Origin: a bacterium
GTDB lineage: Bacteria; Zhuqueibacterota; Zhuqueibacteria; Residuimicrobiales; Krinioviventaceae
Length of the DNA: 64,000 nucleotides
Reading direction: 5' to 3'
NCBI GenBank assembly: GCA_963693055.1
Contig: OY843751.1
Coordinates: forward strand, 2,368,001 to 2,432,000
The notes beneath the pieces are model-generated. The model saw only the letters and a list, made by a program, of their open reading frames with translations. It had not been told where the DNA came from and did not search any database. Within the stretch, counting starts at the first letter, position 1, and the number at the start of each line of letters is the position of its first letter. Of this stretch, positions 9,690-18,716 are shown one piece after another. The position numbers and the translations under genes were made by a program.

Positions 9690-10712
9690 ATGCGAATTTT
9701 TGTCAAAGTAAATATTCTCATCTTGATTTTTTTATCCGTTTTGTTTGCGCAAACAGATTTCAATATTACCCATGTTGAAGCCGTGCATTTAACAGAATAT
9801 CAACTCAAGCGAATAGATAAACAAATAGACTTGTTTGCTACAGAGGTTACTCGAGGCTCATCTGATCAGGACCCTGCCCTTATAGTTGTTGGACATGATG
9901 GAGCAGATGGATTTCGTGCTGTGATTAATGCCAGAACAGCCAGAGTCATGGAGATATATAAAAATGGAACTGTTTTTTATACCTGGCCAGGAATAAAAGT
10001 TGTGGGGCATAGAGGCAATGTCAAGCATACTCCTGAAAACACAATCCCGGCTTTTGTAAAAGCTATCGAGTTGGGTGTAGATTTAATTGAAATGGATGTT
10101 CGCCAAACAAAGGATGGAGAGCTGGTAATCCTTCATGATATTACTGTTAATCGTACAACTGATGGTCATGGTAATGTATTTGATATGACCTTGTCTGAAA
10201 TCAAAAAACTGGATGCCGGTTCATGGTTTGGTGACGAATTTAAAGGTACGCGTATACCTACACTCAAAGAAGCCCTGGATACTATAAAGGACAAAGCACT
10301 CCCGGATATTGATTTCAAAGGTGGTGACCCGCAAATACTGGTTGAGTTATTGCGTAACGAAGGTTTATTGGGCAAAATAACCATGTATTGCGGCAACTGG
10401 AATTTAATGAAAGAAACATTACAGATTGATAATGGTTTTATGGTGCGTCCTTCTGTACCGGTGGGATTCGCTGGTTTACCTACAGTGTTAGACAAGGTTA
10501 ATCCACCCATTATAAATATTGACTGGATGCAGTTTTCGGAACGCCTGGTACGAGATGTACATTTGAGTGGCAGGGCTTCTTTTGTAAACGCCATGTCTCA
10601 TGATAATGCGTTTGGTATTGGGGCAATGGTAAACACTATGCCGGATTATATTCAAACAGATGAAATGGAAATTTTAATGCCCTTGTTGCGGGCCAAAGGA
10701 TATCATAAATAA
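9690..10712 (+). CDS. secreted glycerophosphodiester phosphodiesterase family protein
   Basis: Signal peptide; VGHRG, PENT, IEMDV, ILHD, RTTDG, IPTLKE, IQTD; start 9690 or 9672. Confidence 0.88.
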   Translation: MRIFVKVNILILIFLSVLFAQTDFNITHVEAVHLTEYQLKRIDKQIDLFATEVTRGSSDQDPALIVVGHDGADGFRAVINARTARVMEIYKNGTVFYTWPGIKVVGHRGNVKHTPENTIPAFVKAIELGVDLIEMDVRQTKDGELVILHDITVNRTTDGHGNVFDMTLSEIKKLDAGSWFGDEFKGTRIPTLKEALDTIKDKALPDIDFKGGDPQILVELLRNEGLLGKITMYCGNWNLMKETLQIDNGFMVRPSVPVGFAGLPTVLDKVNPPIINIDWMQFSERLVRDVHLSGRASFVNAMSHDNAFGIGAMVNTMPDYIQTDEMEILMPLLRAKGYHK

Positions 10713-10733
10713 ATGGAAGCGTAGGGCAACGTT

Positions 10734-12533
10734 ATGAAAAAGGCTTTTATAAGAATCATTTTTTTATTAGCAGGTTTAAATGTTATGGTTTATTCTCAAA
10801 TAGAGTTTTATGGTGAATTTTCAAAACGTATTGAACTTGTTGAAAAACGCCTAAACAATGATTCTCCATATGAGCTGGATCTGGTTGTGCAGGATGTAGC
10901 TCGTGTCCCTGAAAACAAACGCAGATTTGAAGAATACGAGGGTGATATTTCTGGACGAATTTTAGGTGCCTGGAGCAGCATGGCCCGCATAACCGATGAA
11001 CGTCCGACAAAACTGGACTCTATTGCGGAACGTGTTTTACAATATCAGCATCCCGAAGGCTATTTCGGTATCAATCAGAAAATCATTGGCTGGGACTATT
11101 GGGGCAGGCAGATTTTTGGACATGGTCGTTTATTGCTTGGGCTTGTTGAATATTATAAACTTTCTGGCGATGAAAGGTTTTTAGAATCTGCTAAAAAATT
11201 GGGTGCCTATCTGGTTAAAGCTGTACCAGAATTAACAACAACTCACGAAGGAAATCCCTGGACCGATACCCGGCGCACAGTTGACTGGTCAAACTCTGAT
11301 TCAAATCGTCGACACTTTGTCAAGACTCACCAAACCAGTATTCTTGAAGGTCTGGTTTCGTTATACAAAATTGCTCCTGATCCTGATCTGTTAAAAACGG
11401 CTGAATATTTAGTATCATTGTTCCCCGAGTTTGGTACCTATCATTCCCATTCATATATGAATACCATGGTGGGTATGGTTATGCTGTATCAGGTAAATCA
11501 GGACCATGAATTACTGCACAAAATATTGGATATCTATTGGCAAAAAATTCTGCCAAAGGGAATTCGGATGGATGGTGCGGTTTGTGAATTTTTTCCTGAT
11601 GATGAGCGTACCGAAGGATGTTCTTTGACAGACTGGGTTCGATTAAATTTATACCTGTGGGATGTGACTCATGAAGCGGTATATCTGGACCAGGTGGAAC
11701 AGTGCTGGCTGAATTCACTATACTATCATCAAACGGCCAACGGCGCGTTTGGTCATGCTTTTCTTACTCATGAAGGCTATGGTGATCGGTATTCTGAATC
11801 CTGGTGGTGCTGTTTGATGCATGGATTATATGCTTTTGCGGATATTGCAGAACGATGTGTTGTTCGAGATAACGAGACATTGTATATTAATTTTTATACA
11901 TCTTTGGATCTCAAATCCACTGATACAATAATGGATGAAATTAAAATAGAGACAGAGTATCCGGAAAAAGGAAAGGTCAAGATTGAATTGTCAGCTTTAA
12001 CCAATAATCGGTCTGTATGTAAAGTGCGGATTCCTGACTGGGTTGAAGATTATAATATTTCAGTGAATGGTAAAGCAGTTGATGCTAAAAGAGATAACGG
12101 ATATCTGGTCTTGAATGGTGAATGGAACACAAATGATATCATAGAGCTGTCATTTGAAAATGGACTGCGCTTTGTTGATGGAGCCGGTAATAATATCCAG
12201 GACCGGCGTTCAATTGATGAGATAACAGAACCGGTTTACTTTTTTCATGGCCCCATGTTATTGATGATAGATAATAATATAAACAATCAATTCCCCAACT
12301 ATATCAATTTAGATATCAAGAAAGCATATACTGAACATAAAAACCATGAACCTCAATACACATTCCCTGCTGCAAACAAGAGTGGAGAATTTAAAGTTGT
12401 AATGGTACCTTTGAAAGATGAAACCTGGAACGACAAGTGGACTGACGAGTGGAAGAATTTTATTCGAAATGGTGAAACACCCATTAAAAGACATGATATT
12501 AAAATTAAACAAAAGATTAAAAAAGTGGAGTAA
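10734..12533 (+). CDS. secreted GH127-like beta-L-arabinofuranosidase family glycoside hydrolase
   Basis: Signal peptide; TEGC and WWCC Zn/Cys catalytic motifs; TEYPEKG, RIPDW, GPM. Confidence 0.8.
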   Translation: MKKAFIRIIFLLAGLNVMVYSQIEFYGEFSKRIELVEKRLNNDSPYELDLVVQDVARVPENKRRFEEYEGDISGRILGAWSSMARITDERPTKLDSIAERVLQYQHPEGYFGINQKIIGWDYWGRQIFGHGRLLLGLVEYYKLSGDERFLESAKKLGAYLVKAVPELTTTHEGNPWTDTRRTVDWSNSDSNRRHFVKTHQTSILEGLVSLYKIAPDPDLLKTAEYLVSLFPEFGTYHSHSYMNTMVGMVMLYQVNQDHELLHKILDIYWQKILPKGIRMDGAVCEFFPDDERTEGCSLTDWVRLNLYLWDVTHEAVYLDQVEQCWLNSLYYHQTANGAFGHAFLTHEGYGDRYSESWWCCLMHGLYAFADIAERCVVRDNETLYINFYTSLDLKSTDTIMDEIKIETEYPEKGKVKIELSALTNNRSVCKVRIPDWVEDYNISVNGKAVDAKRDNGYLVLNGEWNTNDIIELSFENGLRFVDGAGNNIQDRRSIDEITEPVYFFHGPMLLMIDNNINNQFPNYINLDIKKAYTEHKNHEPQYTFPAANKSGEFKVVMVPLKDETWNDKWTDEWKNFIRNGETPIKRHDIKIKQKIKKVE

Positions 12534-12550
12534 TTTATACTCCACTTTTT
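12519..12550. terminator. bidirectional terminator between convergent genes
   Basis: AAAAAAGTGGAGTA-ATTTA-TACTCCACTTTTT. Confidence 0.8.
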
Positions 12551-12556
12551 ACAATA

Positions 12557-13426
12557 TTATTGTTTGGGTATCCATGAATCAACAACTTGCATATTGTTGT
12601 TCATCCATTCACGTGCAACGGTTTCAACATCTTGATTAGATTCCTGGATTTTGACCATAAGATCAGAAAGTTGTGCGTCAGTAAATGAAAGGTTCTTTAA
12701 GAAATTAAAGAGCTCAGGTTTATCTTGCTCAAGGGTTTTGCGTCCCATAATGTGAATATTGCCTTTTTTCCACATCATTTTATCTTCATCTTGTTTAAGG
12801 AATTTAAGATCCCAGCGACCAAATTTCCAATGTGGTTTCCAACCCGTTACAACAATCCATTCCTTGTTGTCAATGGCTTCTTTGAGTGCTGCTGCCATTG
12901 CCGGGCCGCTTGAAGAAAGCAATTTAAAGTCGAGATTATACAGATCAATCAACTCTTCTGTAGTTTTCATGATTCCCGCACCGGCATCAATTCCAGTAAT
13001 TTGACCATTGAATTTTGCCTTGTTGGCATTCATTTCTGATATTTTATCAATCGTGACATAGGTGGGCACAACCAAACCGCTCTGTGTACCTTCATAAACA
13101 TGTCCCAGATCTACAATGTCATTTTTAAATTTTTCTACATAGTCTTTGTGCAGAACCGGCAGCCAGGTTTCCATAAACGCATCCTGGTCGCCTTGTGCTA
13201 CTGAAGTATAAGCAGGTCCCACATCTGCAGCTGTTAATTTAACAGTATAACCCATTTTATCTTCAAGTACCACTTTTGCCAGGTTGGTATAAGCAATACC
13301 TTCTGCCCAATTTACATAAACAAGATTTGCAGTTTTACCTGATTCGGTACTTTTTGAACATCCTGTAAATCCTGCCGTAAATATTATTGCAGCAAGAAAG
13401 AGTATTATTGTTTTTTTAATATTCAT
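12557..13426 (-). CDS. proX: glycine betaine/proline ABC transporter substrate-binding lipoprotein (OpuAC/ProX)
   Basis: Lipobox FTGC; NWAEG, ETWLPVLH, GIDAGAG, TGWKPHW aromatic cage. Confidence 0.92.
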   Translation of the reverse strand: MNIKKTIILFLAAIIFTAGFTGCSKSTESGKTANLVYVNWAEGIAYTNLAKVVLEDKMGYTVKLTAADVGPAYTSVAQGDQDAFMETWLPVLHKDYVEKFKNDIVDLGHVYEGTQSGLVVPTYVTIDKISEMNANKAKFNGQITGIDAGAGIMKTTEELIDLYNLDFKLLSSSGPAMAAALKEAIDNKEWIVVTGWKPHWKFGRWDLKFLKQDEDKMMWKKGNIHIMGRKTLEQDKPELFNFLKNLSFTDAQLSDLMVKIQESNQDVETVAREWMNNNMQVVDSWIPKQ

Positions 13427-13428
13427 TA

Positions 13429-14268
13429 TTAACTCCTTTTCGTTTGTTGTGTCTTTGAGCCCAAAGCATGAGTGACTCTATCTAAAAATATTGCTAAAAT
13501 GACAATTGAAATTCCGCTTTCAAAACCCAAACCAATATTGAGTTGTGTAATACCTTTTAATACTTCGTTACCCAAGCCACCAGCCCCAATCATACCAGCT
13601 ATAACCACCATAGATAAGGCCAGCATAATGGTTTGGTTAACGCCTGCCAGTATAGTTGGCAGTGCCACCGGCAACTCTGCTTTGAATAGTATTTGGTTTG
13701 GAGTAGAGCCAAAAGACTTGGCAGCTTCTTTTATCTCATGAGGAACTTGACGTATGCCAAGGTTCGTCAAGCGTACCGCAGGCGGCATAGAGAAAATTAA
13801 TGTAGCTACAACACCTGGTACCTCACCCAGTTTGAAGAATAATACAGATGGAATCAGGTATACAAACGCTGGTAGTGTTTGCATAAAATCCAATATGGGA
13901 CGTACAATACTTTCAACCAGATCGCTTTTAGATGACCAAATACCCAAGGGTATAGCAATGACAAGAGCAATGATTACTGATGTAATAACCAGGCTCAGGG
14001 TTTGCATTGTTGGTTCCCAAAACCCCATGGTATAGATAATAAACATTCCAATGAATGTGAAAATGGCTATACCTCGTTTTGCTGTAACCCAGGCAATAGC
14101 ACTAAAGATAACTATAACCAGAATGGGATGCAGAAAGAGTAGAACATTGGTAAATGTATTCAATATTGTTGAAATGGTTAATCCCATTCCATCAAATACA
14201 GGTTCAAAATTATTAGTTAACCAGTTGATTACATGCTCAAAAGTTTCACCAATTTTTAAATCTATCAT
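13429..14268 (-). CDS. proW: glycine betaine/proline ABC transporter permease (OpuAB/ProW)
   Basis: LDFMQTLPAFVYLIP, EAA motif, GVNQTIMLALSMVVIA. Confidence 0.95.
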   Translation of the reverse strand: MIDLKIGETFEHVINWLTNNFEPVFDGMGLTISTILNTFTNVLLFLHPILVIVIFSAIAWVTAKRGIAIFTFIGMFIIYTMGFWEPTMQTLSLVITSVIIALVIAIPLGIWSSKSDLVESIVRPILDFMQTLPAFVYLIPSVLFFKLGEVPGVVATLIFSMPPAVRLTNLGIRQVPHEIKEAAKSFGSTPNQILFKAELPVALPTILAGVNQTIMLALSMVVIAGMIGAGGLGNEVLKGITQLNIGLGFESGISIVILAIFLDRVTHALGSKTQQTKRS

Positions 14269-14295
14269 TTTATTAACTCCTGTGACAATTTTAAA

Positions 14296-15522
14296 TTATG
14301 CAGAATACTCGTTCAAAGAGACCGGAGTAATAGATTCAGCGCTTTCACCACCGACTTCTGCAATAATTGATGCCTGGTCAACCACTCCTAAAAGTTTTTT
14401 ATTTTCATCTATTACTGCAAGTGGATAGTTGGCCACAAGTGCAGTTGGAAGCAAATCTGCAATAGATGTGTCTGGTGTTGTTAAATAGATATCTTCAACA
14501 AGTTCAGCTTCAACAGATTTTTCTTTATTTTGTTGCAATTTTACCATGTCTTTTACATGTACAATACCTTTTAAAATGCGGTCTGAATCAACTGCAAACA
14601 AGGTTGATTGTCCATGTTTGTCCATTGTCCTCACTGCCACACCAGGGCCATCTTTGGGAATTGTTATGGTATATGGCTTTCTCATAATTGCCGATGCTGT
14701 AATAACTTTGGTACGATCAACATTTAACAAAAATGCTTTTACATAATCATCTTTGGGCTCAGTCAATATTTCTTCCGGGGTACCAATCTGAATGATTTTT
14801 CCACCGTTACCCATAATTGCAATACGATCACCCAATTTTAAAGCCTCATCAAGATCATGAGTAATAAAAACAATCGTTTTATGCATCTTGGCCTGTAATT
14901 CAAGCAATTCATCTTGCATTTGCGTCCTAATAAGAGGATCAAGTGCGCTAAATGCTTCATCCATCAATAATATTTCCGGATCATTTGCTAAAGCTCTGGC
15001 CAAGCCTACTCGTTGCTGCATACCACCACTCAGTTCATTGATCATGCTCTCTTCATATCCTTCAAGACCAACCAGTTTAATTGCCTCAACGGCTTTTTGA
15101 GCACGTAAAGATTTTTCAATACCCGAAATTTCTAATCCATATTCAACATTATGTTGAACAGTGCGATGTGGTAATAGTCCAAAATGTTGAAAAACCATAG
15201 ACATTTTTGTTCTGCGAACCTCGCGCAATTCTTCTTTATTCATTTTAACGATATCGTTACCATCTATTGATACAGTGCCCCGGGTGGGATCAATTAATCT
15301 GTTTAAACAACGTATTACGGTTGATTTTCCACTACCCGAGAGCCCCATAATTACAAAAATTTCTTTTCTTTCTATCGAAAAAGAAGCATTGTCAATTGCT
15401 ACTGTGTTTCCTGTTTTTTTTAATATTTCTTTCTTTGAAAGGCCTTTCTCTAATAGGGGAAAGGCCTTTTCGGGCTTTTGTCCAAAAATTTTATAAAGAT
15501 TTTTAACTTCAATTACACTCAT
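14296..15522 (-). CDS. proV: glycine betaine/proline ABC transporter ATP-binding protein with CBS domains (OpuAA/ProV)
   Basis: GLSGSGKST, LSGGMQQRVG, LLMDEAFSALDP, ITHDLDEA, C-terminal CBS pair. Confidence 0.95.
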   Translation of the reverse strand: MSVIEVKNLYKIFGQKPEKAFPLLEKGLSKKEILKKTGNTVAIDNASFSIERKEIFVIMGLSGSGKSTVIRCLNRLIDPTRGTVSIDGNDIVKMNKEELREVRRTKMSMVFQHFGLLPHRTVQHNVEYGLEISGIEKSLRAQKAVEAIKLVGLEGYEESMINELSGGMQQRVGLARALANDPEILLMDEAFSALDPLIRTQMQDELLELQAKMHKTIVFITHDLDEALKLGDRIAIMGNGGKIIQIGTPEEILTEPKDDYVKAFLLNVDRTKVITASAIMRKPYTITIPKDGPGVAVRTMDKHGQSTLFAVDSDRILKGIVHVKDMVKLQQNKEKSVEAELVEDIYLTTPDTSIADLLPTALVANYPLAVIDENKKLLGVVDQASIIAEVGGESAESITPVSLNEYSA

Positions 15523-15553
15523 GGATCAATTCCTTTCTCATCAATAATGGATA

Positions 15554-16720
15554 CTAGAAATAGTATCCAAAATTTATATTGTATCTAATATTCCAATCTG
15601 CTTCGCTGTCACCTATGCCCAGGCCTTTACCAAAATTTTGGGTGATCCAGGGTTGATTTTTGCCCATGGCAACATCAAAATAGGTATATACTCCTCCGGC
15701 AACTGTAAGAAAGCCTAATATATTTTGTTGAGTATCTGTAAAGGAAGAGACTGTTTTATCTGTCAATGTATAGTCATTATAGAATTGTATACTGGATATC
15801 GGTCCCAGGCTAACAGGTACTGTATATGCAAGACCCAGAGTATATACCATTGCTTCAGCAGCAACAGCGTATGTTCCTGAACCATATGCACCCATTTGTA
15901 CAACATCCAGTTCTGTACCCAGATCATTTTTAACATCATGGTTATAATAAATGGCGTGTACCTTGGCGTTTAAGTTACCAACATTCGCATCAATGTGACC
16001 GGCAACAGCCTTATGGCTGCCTGATTTATTTAAAACAGAATTGAAGATTTGTCCATATTGTACAGATAAACCTACTTCTGAATTGCTGAATTTGTAAGCT
16101 GCTCTTGCATTGATTTGGTTTCTTTCCTGATTATGCTCACCTTCCACAGGAATGATATCGTATGAATAACGTCCTGAACCACCAACGCCATAAGAGACAT
16201 CACCTGGTGCCGGGCCAGCTGGTTCAGGTTGGAAATAATATGCTAATGCAAAATCCCAATTGTCTTTCTTATGCAGAAACTTTAATCCCATATCATAATC
16301 ATCTTCAAGTCCCATATAATAGGCACCCGAAAACCACCAACTGTGAGAAGCATAGGCTTGATCTCCAAAGGGAACCTGTGATACACCCAACTGGACCTGA
16401 GTCTGTTCAGTTATATCATAACCAAACCATCCATGGTGAATAAAATGCGTATCAAAAGTGGGATAGAAGCGATATTCAAAGCTCAAGATTATACCCGCAG
16501 AATTTTTTCCATCAATGTTTATTCTCCAGGTGTCCCAGGTAAACTGGCCATCATTTGTTGTAATATTGTCATCTTCATAATCCTGTAACATGAGATTGTA
16601 CCTAACAGCACCACCAAATTTTATTTCTGAATCAGCAGCATATATAACAGAAAAATTAGACATAATAAATATTATCAATAAAACACAATATACTCTTTTA
16701 TACATGTTTCCAAGTATCAC
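15554..16720 (-). CDS. outer-membrane porin heading the betaine ABC operon
   Basis: AGGAG RBS before GTG 16720; signal peptide; amphipathic beta strands; C-terminal NINFGYYF. Confidence 0.75.
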   Translation of the reverse strand: MILGNMYKRVYCVLLIIFIMSNFSVIYAADSEIKFGGAVRYNLMLQDYEDDNITTNDGQFTWDTWRINIDGKNSAGIILSFEYRFYPTFDTHFIHHGWFGYDITEQTQVQLGVSQVPFGDQAYASHSWWFSGAYYMGLEDDYDMGLKFLHKKDNWDFALAYYFQPEPAGPAPGDVSYGVGGSGRYSYDIIPVEGEHNQERNQINARAAYKFSNSEVGLSVQYGQIFNSVLNKSGSHKAVAGHIDANVGNLNAKVHAIYYNHDVKNDLGTELDVVQMGAYGSGTYAVAAEAMVYTLGLAYTVPVSLGPISSIQFYNDYTLTDKTVSSFTDTQQNILGFLTVAGGVYTYFDVAMGKNQPWITQNFGKGLGIGDSEADWNIRYNINFGYYF

Positions 16721-17118
16721 ATTAACTCCTTTTGTAAATAATAATAGATATATAGAATGGCATTACATTCTAAAATGAAATGAAAGATTTAAAAATATGA
16801 GTGTGAATTGAAAAGTGAGAGATTAAGGATTTGTGGGAGTAAAATCCTGAAAATAAAATAATCGAACAACTTTTAATAATTTATAAAACTTCATATTATA
16901 AGATATTAAAATTCTACGGAATAACAAGGGTTTTATGTTTTTTTCTTTACTTATGCTAAAGATGCTCAAGTATTGTGAAATATAAAAATGATATTTAATG
17001 TATTTATTTTGGCATCCTATTCTCATCAGGAATTTAACCTGCAAGCTGTATGTTTCTGATGTTTATTATTTGTATTCCATTAAATACCTAATAATTATTT
17101 CCATCAAGGAGTAGGAAT

Positions 17119-17502
17119 ATGAGCACAACCATTATTGGAAAAATTGGCTGGATTGATCTTACAGTTAAAAATGCAGATAAAATTAAAGATTTTTACCAGG
17201 CTGTAACAGGTTGGGATACCATTGGTTATCCTATGAATGGGTATGAAGATTTTGTAATGAAGATTCCAGAAACAGGCGATGCGGTTGCAGGCATTTGTCA
17301 TCCCATGGGTGCCAATTCTGATCTGCCTCCTGTATGGATTATTTATATTCATGTTGAAAATTTGGAAAAAAGCATTGAAAGCTGCCGCGAAATGGGAGGG
17401 ACGACATTATCTGACATAAAAAAGATGGGAGACGAGGGACGTTATTGCTTTATTAAAGATCCTGCCGGTACCGTATCCGCATTATACCAATCCAACAGTT
17501 AA
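17119..17502 (+). CDS. VOC/glyoxalase family protein
   Basis: IGWIDL, FYQAVTGW, PPVWIIYIHV, GRYCFIKDPAG. Confidence 0.88.
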   Translation: MSTTIIGKIGWIDLTVKNADKIKDFYQAVTGWDTIGYPMNGYEDFVMKIPETGDAVAGICHPMGANSDLPPVWIIYIHVENLEKSIESCREMGGTTLSDIKKMGDEGRYCFIKDPAGTVSALYQSNS

Positions 17503-17641
17503 TAGTATACTTGCAGTATTTTACGACAATTGTTTGTTTTCTTATTTCATGTTGAAACAACATAACTTTTAAAACATACAATTTTTAGAAATGTTTCGGT
17601 TGTAGGAACTGTTATTTTTCCCATTAAAGGAGGATACAGTC

Positions 17642-18589
17642 ATGAAAACAAAAAATATCTTGAAATTAGTTGTTTTTGCAATTTGGGTTGGAATTGTGGG
17701 TTTAAATGTGCATTTTTTAAATGCAAAGGAAGATAGCATGAAATATAACAAACTAACGCCTGATGAAGAGCGTGTCATTATCCAAAAGGGAACGGAAAGA
17801 CCCTATACCGGTCAGTATTACAAGTTTGATGAAAATGGTACCTATACCTGTAAACGTTGTGATGCGCCTTTGTATAAATCGTCAGACAAGTTTGATGCCC
17901 ATTGCGGATGGCCCAGTTTTGATGATGAAATTAAGGGAGCCGTAAAGCGCCAGACTGATGCTGACGGGCATAGAACTGAAATCTTGTGTGCCAACTGTGG
18001 TGCGCATTTGGGCCATGTTTTTACCGGTGAGCAGTTTACCATAAAAAATACACGTCATTGTGTAAATTCTATATCTTTAAATTTTGTACCCGCAGGAGAA
18101 ATGATGCAAACACAAAATGCCTATTTTGCAGGTGGATGTTTTTGGGGAACGGAATACTATTTTCAACAGGCCAAAGGAGTGAAAAGCACTACTGTTGGCT
18201 ATATGGGTGGCGACAAAGATGATCCTACTTATAAAGAGGTGTGTAATGGTACTACCGGTCACGCTGAAGTTGTAAAGGTAGAGTTTGATCCCAAGCAAAC
18301 GGATTTTGAAACACTGGCAAAATTGTTTTTCGAGATCCATGATCCTACTCAGGTTGATCGTCAAGGCCCCGATATTGGTGAACAGTACCGCTCTGTAATT
18401 TTCTTTACCAATGATGATCAGAAAATGACATCGGAAAAGTTGATAGATATTTTAAAGGACAAAGGATACAAGGTTGCAACAGAGCTGGTTAAAGCTGATG
18501 ATTTTTGGGATGCTGAAGACTATCATCAGAATTATTACCAGCACAATGGTAAAGAACCTTATTGTCATTTTTATACCAAGCGGTTTTAA
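17642..18589 (+). CDS. msrAB: bifunctional methionine sulfoxide reductase MsrB-MsrA with N-terminal signal/anchor
   Basis: MsrB: GTERP, CKRC, GWPSF, CANCGAHLGHVF, RHCVNS; MsrA: AGGCFWG, GHAE, QYRS, AEDYHQNY. Confidence 0.95.
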   Translation: MKTKNILKLVVFAIWVGIVGLNVHFLNAKEDSMKYNKLTPDEERVIIQKGTERPYTGQYYKFDENGTYTCKRCDAPLYKSSDKFDAHCGWPSFDDEIKGAVKRQTDADGHRTEILCANCGAHLGHVFTGEQFTIKNTRHCVNSISLNFVPAGEMMQTQNAYFAGGCFWGTEYYFQQAKGVKSTTVGYMGGDKDDPTYKEVCNGTTGHAEVVKVEFDPKQTDFETLAKLFFEIHDPTQVDRQGPDIGEQYRSVIFFTNDDQKMTSEKLIDILKDKGYKVATELVKADDFWDAEDYHQNYYQHNGKEPYCHFYTKRF

Positions 18590-18623
18590 AAAAAAAGCGG
18601 GATTCACTCTCGCTTTTTTTTTT
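18588..18623. terminator. intrinsic (bidirectional) terminator
   Basis: A-tract, GCGGGA-TTCAC-TCTCGC, T-tract. Confidence 0.8.
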
Positions 18624-18672
18624 GCTACTACTATATCTCGTAATCTATAAAATTTATGATCATGTTTAAGAG

Positions 18673-18701
18673 GCACCGGGATGATTAGGGCATCCCGGTG
18701 T
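18673..18701 (-). terminator. hairpin just downstream of DUF2202 gene
   Basis: GCACCGGGATG-N7-CATCCCGGTGT. Confidence 0.6.
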
Positions 18702-18716
18702 TTGATGGAGGGGTAT

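Noticed and set aside
17010-17025. TGGCATCCTATTCTCA as a sigma-54 promoter
   Set aside because: The -12 element lacks TTGC/TTGA
16823-17044. 73-aa ORF in the AT-rich region upstream of the porin
   Set aside because: Low-complexity AT-rich composition and no RBS; more likely promoter DNA
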